DNA of 32,000 nucleotides, taken from positions 1 to 32,000 of the forward strand of contig NZ_JAYKGW010000086.1 of NCBI RefSeq assembly GCF_035285525.1. Direction: 5' to 3'. Every line of letters begins with the position of its first letter. Position 1 is the stretch's first letter. Positions 18,421 to 25,228 of this stretch are shown piece by piece. The stretch comes from Okeania sp. (GTDB lineage Bacteria > Cyanobacteriota > Cyanobacteriia > Cyanobacteriales > Microcoleaceae). Under the pieces are notes generated by a model. That model was not told where the DNA came from and made no database searches. It was given only the letters and a program-made list of their open reading frames with translations. The translations under genes and the position numbers were made by a program.

Positions 18421-18453
18421 AGAAACCCGGTTTCTTCAAGAAACCGGGTTTCT
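18421..18453. terminator. Perfect 15-bp stem / 3-nt loop hairpin (AGAAACCCGGTTTCT tca AGAAACCGGGTTTCT). Possible bidirectional terminator or repeat
   Basis: Arms at 18421-18435 and 18439-18453 are exact reverse complements. It lies between the DUF4058 gene and the rdgB start. There is no strong U-tract on either side. A half copy sits at about 15077-15091. Confidence 0.35.
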
Positions 18454-18504
18454 TTGCATAAATCCTAATTAAATCTTACTACAAAAACTGTTTCTGTATT
18501 AGTT

Positions 18505-18872
18505 AATCTTCTCTCTTTTAGAGACAGGTAATTATTAATTATCCATTATCGATGTAATACAGCTTTCTAGGCTGTAAAAACCTGGAAGGTTGTGTGACAA
18601 TAAATAGTAAATTTTCTCTCTTTTAGGTAATTATTAATTATAATTATCCATGTAACACAGCCTTCTAGGCTGTAACAACCTGAAATGTTGTGTGACAATA
18701 AATAGTCAATTTTCTCCCTTTTAGAGACAGGTAATTATTAATTATCAATTATCCATGTAACAAAGCCTTCTAGGCTGTAACAACCTGGAATTTTGTGTGA
18801 CAATAAATAGTCAATCTTCTCTCTTTTAGAAAAAGGTAATTATCAATTATCCATTATCCATTATCCATTATC
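18505..18872. repeat. Tandem array of about 100-bp units (105, 98 and 105 bp plus a ~60-bp partial), each with an ACAGCCTTCTAGGCTGT hairpin, ending in CCATTAT heptamers
   Basis: TGTGTGACAATAAATAGT recurs at 18591, 18689 and 18794. The units are near-identical with small indels. The final heptamers (18851-18871) overlap the stop codon of the DUF4058 gene. Confidence 0.9.
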
Positions 18873-19662
18873 TTATTCCTTCTTGTCGCAACCAAGTATC
18901 TGCCCAAACTGCATCCTTTTCTGATAATCCTGGTACTGGTTGTTGAGTATAATCTATTTTTAAATCATAACGGCCAACATCATAAATAGTAGTTAGTAAA
19001 CTTTGTAAATCTATAATTGGTTCTGTATCTTCTGGGCGTAATGGCAAAGGAAATTTAGGAATTTTATTTTGGATATTAAAGGCATATAAATCAGCTCTTG
19101 GTCGTTGCTTTTTCCGACTAACTAATATCCGATAATTACTTTCATTTTTATGATTTGAAATAGGCATCATTTCACCACGACGTAGTAAATCTATTTCGAC
19201 AAAATTAGTCAAACTATATAATATTTTTTCTCTTTTTTCTAAATACATTTCTCTACCTTTTCCACCTCTTTTATTAGCAGGAGATAATATTTCTATAGCA
19301 GTGATAACTTCTTTAGTTGCTACTTCCTGAATTTCTAAATATCCTTCACGAATAGTAATTGGTATTGGCAGAGTTACTGTTGTAGGTTTTGTAGAAGGTT
19401 CTATTACTGCAACTTGAGATTCTGTAGAATTTGATGTGTTAATTTGACCTTTTTTTGATAACACTGAAACATCAGGAATACCTACAAGTAAAGATTCTAT
19501 ATTGTTAGTTTCATACATTCTGACATCTAGAGAAACTGAATATTTATCGCCGAGTTCACCAGATAATAAGTCAGCCATTCTGACAATGAGTCGATTATGT
19601 AATCCTGGCCATAAATCGGGATGTTCTAAATATGGGTCCATACCTGGAAATGGGGAGGGCAT
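18868..19662 (-). CDS. DUF4058 family protein (PD-(D/E)XK-like motif arrangement)
   Basis: The N-terminus MPSPFPGMDPYLE...LWPGLHNRLI is diagnostic of DUF4058 as I remember it. IPDVSV ... AIEILSPANK ... EIDLL parallels the Uma2 catalytic layout. Confidence 0.85.
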   Translation of the reverse strand: MPSPFPGMDPYLEHPDLWPGLHNRLIVRMADLLSGELGDKYSVSLDVRMYETNNIESLLVGIPDVSVLSKKGQINTSNSTESQVAVIEPSTKPTTVTLPIPITIREGYLEIQEVATKEVITAIEILSPANKRGGKGREMYLEKREKILYSLTNFVEIDLLRRGEMMPISNHKNESNYRILVSRKKQRPRADLYAFNIQNKIPKFPLPLRPEDTEPIIDLQSLLTTIYDVGRYDLKIDYTQQPVPGLSEKDAVWADTWLRQEGIR

Positions 19663-19796
19663 AATTTTTTATCCTTTGGTTTTAATTAATTATAGTAAAT
19701 ATGATAATTATTTTGGTTTTGATTGTATTTTAACAAAATTTTATGGGTAGAGATAATACCTATAGCAATTTTTTAATTTGTGAGGTCTTGATATTC

Positions 19797-19868
19797 GATC
19801 CCCCCTAACCCCCCTTAACAAGGGGGGAACTTCAAAGTCCCCCTTTTAAAGGGGGATTTAGGGGGATC
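19797..19868. repeat. Palindromic dispersed repeat GATCCCCCCTAACCCCCCTTAACAAGGGGGG...CCCCCTTTTAAAGGGGGATTTAGGGGGATC
   Basis: The outer arms are reverse complements. A partial copy lies at about 7861-7905 (TAATCCCCCTAAATCCTCCTTTGAAAGGGGGAC). Confidence 0.8.
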
Positions 19869-19925
19869 GTATTTGTGTACCTAATCAATTTGATAATTGC
19901 TATACCCTCAAATTTTTCCATTAAT

Positions 19926-20159
19926 TTAGACTGACTGAATTTCTTGCCAAAAATGCCATCCCCATACTGGTTTATATCCGAGTTTAAATGCAATTGTTAA
20001 ACAGTCTCCTAATGTGAAATATTTAGAGCGTTTATCTTGTAAAAGATTGTAATAAATCCACCCTTGACGGTAGCCATTATATTTTTGAGTTTTTATTAGT
20101 TCGTCAACTATAATTTGATGTTCTTCATTAACATAAAAGTTGACAGAAAAATTGTTCAT
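19926..20159 (-). CDS. Hypothetical 77-aa protein, divergent from the NB-ARC gene
   Basis: ATG-initiated ORF not overlapping any repeat. No motif recognised with confidence. Confidence 0.4.
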   Translation of the reverse strand: MNNFSVNFYVNEEHQIIVDELIKTQKYNGYRQGWIYYNLLQDKRSKYFTLGDCLTIAFKLGYKPVWGWHFWQEIQSV

Positions 20160-20336
20160 TTTTTCATTTGTTTTGATTGTCTACAATTTATATCTTAAGT
20201 TAAATAAATAGGTTTTTTGGGTCAAATAAAGCTGCATTTTTCCACTGCATCAAAAAGTGAGCAAAAACTGAGCCAAGTGAACTTTGGAGAAATGTTATAA
20301 AATAAAAGGTGTGTAAATTAAGTAGAAAAAATAACT

Positions 20337-21758
20337 ATGGCAGCTACTATTGCAGCATCAGAACAAGGTCTGAAAATTATTGATATGGCTAGAAAAAAGA
20401 AAGGATGGAATAAGTACGAAAGTGCTTGGCATGACTTAGCATTCACTTCTAAAGCAACACTAAAACGATTTTGGCAAGGAAAAGCAATTGCACAAGATAC
20501 CTTTATAAATATTTGTAAAACTGTTGGAGAAAACTGGGAAAAAATAGTTGATAATAACCCACTATCTCGAAGTAAGAAAAAAGATTTTTTTGCTTATGAT
20601 TATGCTTGGGTGGGACGAGAAAATTTAGTTACTGAATTAACTAATAAAATTAAAGATACTTGTCGAGTTGCTATTATTGTTGGCATTTCTGGTATTGGTA
20701 AAACGGCATTAGCTGAAAAGGTAGTATCAGAGTTAGATTGGAATAAGTTTCACCAGGAAAATTTTGAGTTAGATAACCAAGCTTCAGATTTTGCTAGTGT
20801 GGCAAGTCGATGGTTGGAAAAGTGGGGCGATCGCCTCCAGGAAGAAGACCGCAAAGATACCGGCAGATTATTAAATCGGTTGGTGAAGCGGTTACAGGAT
20901 AATGAATATTTGATATTGATGGATTCTGTGGAAAATATTATGGAGGGAAATGAGCTGGAAGGTGGGAATAATTTCCGGGATGAATGGTGGGGGAAATTTT
21001 TTGAGAGTTTCTTAGGAACAGAATCTTGTAAAAGTCGAATCATTTTAACTTCCCAAGATTTTCCCCATCAAATACCAGAGCGTTATAAAAATTTCTGGCA
21101 CTGCATACTGTTGACTGGGTTATCTGAGTCGGAGCGTTTGGAGTTATTCGAGAAAACTGGGTTAGAGGTAGATGCAGATTCACCAAGTTACGAATATTTA
21201 AAACGTATTGGTGCTGCTTATGAAGGTCATCCTCTGGCATTGCGTGTAATTTCTGGGGAAATAGGTGCTAAACCTTTTGATGGTAATGTTGTAGCTTACT
21301 GGAAAAAGTACGGCCATGAAATAGAGGAGGTAGAAAAGGCGATCGCTGAAGTAGATCGGGGAATAATAGAGGGTGCTGATGATGAGTGGAAGTTGGATCG
21401 ATATACTCGCAAGCTCCGAAAAAATGTGCAAGAGCGTTTGGAAAAGACTTTTGGCAGACTGAAACAGGATACGATTGATAGTTATCGGTTATTATGCGAG
21501 GGTTCGATTTATCGTTGTGCAGTACCGGAAAAGTTTTGGTTGAATCATTTAGCTGATTGGGATTGTGATGAGGATGAAGCAGATTTAGCTTTGGAGGTTT
21601 TGCGCGATCGCTTTTTGCTTGAGGAAGTTGTGGAAAATGATGATGTGTTCGTGAGGCAACATAATTTAATTCGTAGTGTAGCATTGGAACATCATAAAAA
21701 ATTGGACGAGGATGGGCAAGACAGGGATTTGGCCACGGATGCACGGATGGTGAATTAG
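20337..21758 (+). CDS. STAND NTPase: N-terminal XRE-like HTH plus a complete NB-ARC module (NBD, helical domain, winged helix), with no C-terminal sensor repeats
   Basis: HTH-like GWNKYESAWHDLAFTSKATLKRFWQGKAIAQDTFINICKTVG. Walker A GISGIGKT at 20682-20705. Walker B LILMD at 20910-20924. RIILTSQ. GLSESERLELF. GHPLAL at 21225-21242. WH-like LRDRFLLEE......FVRQHNLIRSVALEH. The ORF ends about 25 residues later. Confidence 0.85.
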   Translation: MAATIAASEQGLKIIDMARKKKGWNKYESAWHDLAFTSKATLKRFWQGKAIAQDTFINICKTVGENWEKIVDNNPLSRSKKKDFFAYDYAWVGRENLVTELTNKIKDTCRVAIIVGISGIGKTALAEKVVSELDWNKFHQENFELDNQASDFASVASRWLEKWGDRLQEEDRKDTGRLLNRLVKRLQDNEYLILMDSVENIMEGNELEGGNNFRDEWWGKFFESFLGTESCKSRIILTSQDFPHQIPERYKNFWHCILLTGLSESERLELFEKTGLEVDADSPSYEYLKRIGAAYEGHPLALRVISGEIGAKPFDGNVVAYWKKYGHEIEEVEKAIAEVDRGIIEGADDEWKLDRYTRKLRKNVQERLEKTFGRLKQDTIDSYRLLCEGSIYRCAVPEKFWLNHLADWDCDEDEADLALEVLRDRFLLEEVVENDDVFVRQHNLIRSVALEHHKKLDEDGQDRDLATDARMVN

Positions 21759-21802
21759 AGTATATTGAGATTAGCGATCGCTATTTACAGCAGTTTTTAT
21801 TT

Positions 21803-21853
21803 GTAGGGGCGAATGGCATTTCCGTGCCGGAATGCTCCGCAAACGCCCTAAAG
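21803..21853. repeat. Imperfect hairpin repeat GTAGGGGCGAATGGCATTTCC..GCAAACGCCCTAAAG in the 183-bp NB-ARC/TPR spacer
   Basis: GTAGGGGCG and CGCCCTA arms. A HIP1 site lies at 21774-21781 just upstream. Possible attenuator or processing site, function unknown. Confidence 0.4.
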
Positions 21854-21941
21854 AGTTTTGGCTATTTTCACAGAATTAGGAGTACCAAGAAATTAAAAGA
21901 GCGCCAAAAATTGAAAAAACAATTAATGAATCAATAAAATA

Positions 21942-23498
21942 ATGACAAATATTACACCAAATGGCGAATTAGTATTAAGAGAAATTAGTCTCGAATCAGC
22001 AATTATTAAATCAATTAAACCACATTCAAAAAGGTCTCAATATCGGGGAGTTGTTAACTGGTTAGTATTCTATAAAGCACATAAAAATGCTTCTAACTTG
22101 GAGAAGGTTAAAGGTTATTTAGAAGCTTTTTATCATTTGTGTCAAGTGGAAGATTGGGATAGGGCAACTAAATTAATTTTTGTTAGACTTAATACTCCGA
22201 CAAAAGAAGAATTTCACAAGCAACTTTATACTTGGGGATATTATCAAATACAAATTGAAATTTACACTCAAGTTTTGAGTTTTAGCGAACTAAGTCTGTC
22301 AATAAAGGCGACTATATTAACAAATTTAGGAAAAGCAAATATGGCTTTATTAAAGTTTGACAAAGCCATAGAATATCTAAAACAAAGTTTGAGTATTGCT
22401 CAAGAAATTCAATCTCCTGAAGAAGAGGAAAAAGCAATACAAAATCTCGGTCATGCTTATCTATCTAAAGGAAACTTTGTTGCAGGAAAAGACTTGGTGG
22501 GAAATTTTAATGCTAAATTGCAATTTCGTCGAGCATGGAGATACTTTCAGCAAAGTTTAAAAATTAGTCGAGAAATTAACGACGTTTACAAAGAAGGAAG
22601 AGCTTTAGGAGGAATAGCAAATTTCTATACAGTTATTAGAAAGTATGACCAAGCTATTGATTATTATCAAAAGCAAATAGCTATAGGTAAACAAATTCAA
22701 AATTTAAGTCTTGAAGCAACGGCTAAGTGTAATTTAGGAATTGTTTATTGTGAATTGAGAGATTACGACAAAGCAATTGAATTTTCTCAGTCAAGTTTAG
22801 CTATAGCTAGAGAACTTCAAGATAGTCAGTTAGAAACTGGAAATATAGAAAATTTAGGATTTATTGAGCGTCGTTTAGGAAATCATGATCAAGCAATTGA
22901 ATTATCTCAAAAGCTTTTAGTAACGGCAAAAGAAACAAATAATATTTCAAGAAAAAATCTAGCATTAGAAAACTTAGCAAATATACATTATTCACAGGCA
23001 TATGATGAGAAAACAACAGGGAATTATGACAAAGCTATAGAACATTATCAACAAAGTTTATCTCTTGTAAATAAAATTCAATCTTCCCAGGAAGAAAGAG
23101 TATTATTTTTGAAATATTCGATACTTTTTAATTTAGGGGAAATCTATATAGCCAAAAAAGATTATGATAAAGCCATAGATTATTTTAAAAATACTTTCTT
23201 TGCTGCTGAAAAAAACAAAAGCATTGAAGGTCTCATTTTATCAGTAATGAGTTTAGCTAAAGTATATGCAGAACAAAACAATGGCAGACTATCAAACAGT
23301 TCTTATCTAGGGTTAGCTCAGATTATAATTTTCGTTGTTTTTGTGCAATTAATAGATTTAATATTAGCAAGATTTTTATATTTAGCAGCTTTGATTTTAG
23401 ATATTTTCAGTCCAGCTATATCCATAGTTCTTATAGTTTTCAAGTCCTTGAGAAATATTATTGGAATCAAACAACATACAAAAGTCAATGAAAATTAG
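21942..23498 (+). CDS. TPR-repeat protein 1 with a conserved ~110-aa N-terminal module and two C-terminal hydrophobic helices
   Basis: Recurring ~40-aa repeats with (Y/F)DKAIE(Y/F)..QSL.IA.E motifs (FDKAIEYLKQSLSIAQEIQ, YDQAIDYYQKQIAIGKQIQ, YDKAIEFSQSSLAIARELQ, YDKAIEHYQQSLSLVNKIQ, YDKAIDYFKNTF). C-terminal GLAQIIIFVVFVQLIDLIL and FLYLAALILDIFSPAISIVLIVF at about 23310-23438. Confidence 0.85.
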   Translation: MTNITPNGELVLREISLESAIIKSIKPHSKRSQYRGVVNWLVFYKAHKNASNLEKVKGYLEAFYHLCQVEDWDRATKLIFVRLNTPTKEEFHKQLYTWGYYQIQIEIYTQVLSFSELSLSIKATILTNLGKANMALLKFDKAIEYLKQSLSIAQEIQSPEEEEKAIQNLGHAYLSKGNFVAGKDLVGNFNAKLQFRRAWRYFQQSLKISREINDVYKEGRALGGIANFYTVIRKYDQAIDYYQKQIAIGKQIQNLSLEATAKCNLGIVYCELRDYDKAIEFSQSSLAIARELQDSQLETGNIENLGFIERRLGNHDQAIELSQKLLVTAKETNNISRKNLALENLANIHYSQAYDEKTTGNYDKAIEHYQQSLSLVNKIQSSQEERVLFLKYSILFNLGEIYIAKKDYDKAIDYFKNTFFAAEKNKSIEGLILSVMSLAKVYAEQNNGRLSNSSYLGLAQIIIFVVFVQLIDLILARFLYLAALILDIFSPAISIVLIVFKSLRNIIGIKQHTKVNEN

Positions 23499-23508
23499 GA
23501 ATCTAGAA

Positions 23509-24882
23509 ATGAATAATATTACACCAAGGGTTGAATTAGTTTTAGAAAAAATAGGTCTAGAATCAACAACTATTAAATCAATCAAACCACGTCGAAAAAA
23601 GTCTCACTATCGGGCAGTTATTAACTGGTTAACAGAGTATAAACCCCATGCAAATGCTTCTAATTTACAAATAGTTAAAGGTTATTTAGAAGCTTTTCAT
23701 CATCTTTGTGAAGTAGAAGATTGGGAAAGAGCTACAACAATTATTGATATTACTCTCAATACCCCCACTAATGAAAAATTACGAGACCTATTAGGAACTT
23801 GGGGTTACTATCAACAACAAAAAGAAATTTATGACCGACTTTTAGGCAAATTAAATGATGAGTGGCAGCTCATTTGTTTAAATGGTCTTGGTAATTGTCA
23901 CTTTTATACAGGTAGTTATCAACTAGCTATTAATTACTTTAATCAAAGTTTAGTAATTGCTCAAAAAAATCTCCTGACTGAAAAAGAAGTAGGCATACTA
24001 ATAAATCTAAGTGTTCCTTATCAAGAAATAGGAAATTATGAAAAAGCTATAGATATTTTATCTCAAGCTTTGAAAATTAATAAAGCAATAAATAACCCTC
24101 TTGGAGAAGGTTCAATATTCACAAATTTGGGTTCTATTTATGATGCTATTGGCGATTATGAAAAAGCAATTCAGTTTCATACAAAAGGTTTAGATATTGC
24201 TAGAGAAAATGTTAACCTCTATCAAGAATGTGTAGCACTTGGAGGTATGGGAAATGTTTATTTTGCTCTGCAAAACTATCATGTGGCAATGACTTATTAC
24301 CAACAACAATTAAAAATAGCAAAAGAAATAGGCGATCGCCAAAGTATTAAAACTGCTTTAGGCAATATTGGTATTATTTACCGCTTTCTCAACACATATC
24401 CTGAAGCTATTACTAATCTTCAAAAAAGTTTAGAATTAGCAATAGAAGTTGGCGATTTGAATGGAAAAGAAACTGCACTAATAAATCTAGGTTTAATTGA
24501 AGTTGAATTAGGAAATTTTACTCAAGGAAAAGAGTCTTTAGAAAAAGCTTTAAATATTGCCAAAATGATAGGCGATCGCCGAGGTGAAAGTTTTATATTA
24601 TTCGGTTTAGCTCAGTATTATTATAGGTGTGGTAAATTTCAACAAGGTTTTACTGTCTCTCAAAAATCTCTGAAGATAATGATAGAATGTGGAGTAACAG
24701 TAAATGCTTTATTATTGCCAAAATGGTATAAATCATTCTTAAAATTTAGTCAAAGAGGTAAATTTCAGCTAACTTTATTCCTCTTATTTGTATTAATAGG
24801 ATTTCCCTTTGCCATCATTGTATCTTTCATAACTACATTATTTTGGGGTTTATATAATAAGCAGAAACTCATCAACACTTAG
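23509..24882 (+). CDS. TPR-repeat protein 2, a paralog of 21942..23498, with a C-terminal hydrophobic segment
   Basis: The ATG at 23509 (MNNITPRVELVLEKIGLES) aligns with the start of the upstream paralog (MTNITPNGELVLREISLES). AGGAA lies 8 nt upstream, and the start is 10 nt after the upstream stop. TPR motifs YEKAIDILSQALKINKAI, YEKAIQFHTKGLDIAREN, YHVAMTYYQQQLKIAKEIGD and YPEAITNLQKSLELAIEVGD. Tail LTLFLLFVLIGFPFAIIVSFITTLFWGLY at about 24769-24855. Confidence 0.85.
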   Translation: MNNITPRVELVLEKIGLESTTIKSIKPRRKKSHYRAVINWLTEYKPHANASNLQIVKGYLEAFHHLCEVEDWERATTIIDITLNTPTNEKLRDLLGTWGYYQQQKEIYDRLLGKLNDEWQLICLNGLGNCHFYTGSYQLAINYFNQSLVIAQKNLLTEKEVGILINLSVPYQEIGNYEKAIDILSQALKINKAINNPLGEGSIFTNLGSIYDAIGDYEKAIQFHTKGLDIARENVNLYQECVALGGMGNVYFALQNYHVAMTYYQQQLKIAKEIGDRQSIKTALGNIGIIYRFLNTYPEAITNLQKSLELAIEVGDLNGKETALINLGLIEVELGNFTQGKESLEKALNIAKMIGDRRGESFILFGLAQYYYRCGKFQQGFTVSQKSLKIMIECGVTVNALLLPKWYKSFLKFSQRGKFQLTLFLLFVLIGFPFAIIVSFITTLFWGLYNKQKLINT

Positions 24883-24898
24883 GAAATTTAGATAAAGA

Positions 24899-24925
24899 GT
24901 TAGGGTTTGGAGAGCAAACCCCTAC
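24899..24925 (-). repeat. Copy of the GTAGGGGTTTG..CAAACCC hairpin repeat (reverse orientation)
   Basis: GTTAGGGTTTGGAGAGCAAACCCCTAC, 17 nt after the TPR-2 stop. Confidence 0.75.
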
Positions 24926-25142
24926 AGTAAACTTTTCCCAATATTGATGGTAAAATCTTATTCTCCAAAAAAGATTCCTCTCCACAGAAAAGCGATCGCT
25001 GCTTATTTATGTACTTTTAGCTTCTATTTGACTTTGATTATCGACAAAATTTACTAGCAATTGAAAAAGTATTTTTTTGATATTATTTCGACCATAAATT
25101 CATAATTGTAGTTTAAATTATAATAACCTAATAAGAGTAAAA

Positions 25143-25198
25143 ATAGCAATCCTAAATAGATTGTAATATTGAACCGTAGGGGTTTGGTTTCCAAACCC
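25143..25198 (+). repeat. Composite element ATAGCAATCCTAAATA - about 23 nt - GTAGGGGTTTGGTTTCCAAACCC
   Basis: Homologous to the minus-strand element at 6178-6247. It ends 30 nt before the proposed ATG of the metallophosphoesterase. Confidence 0.75.
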
Positions 25199-25228
25199 AA
25201 GCGCCAAGAAAATTGTCTAATTCTTTCT

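Noticed and set aside
18505-18872. Possible CRISPR array or tRNA-like array (regular ~100-bp units with hairpins)
   Set aside because: The units are near-identical across their full length with no variable spacers, and no cloverleaf or T-loop consensus was seen.
19502-19750. ORF 19502..19750 (+)
   Set aside because: It is antisense to the DUF4058 N-terminus.
20750-21744. Four minus-strand ORFs (20750..21043, 21040..21240, 21198..21431, 21268..21744)
   Set aside because: All are antisense within the NB-ARC gene, whose motif content clearly identifies the plus strand as coding.
23397-23585. ORF 23397..23585 (-), and the TTG start at 23461 for TPR-2
   Set aside because: The ORF is antisense across the TPR-1/TPR-2 junction. 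For TPR-2, the paralog alignment and the AGGAA ribosome-binding site support the ATG at 23509.
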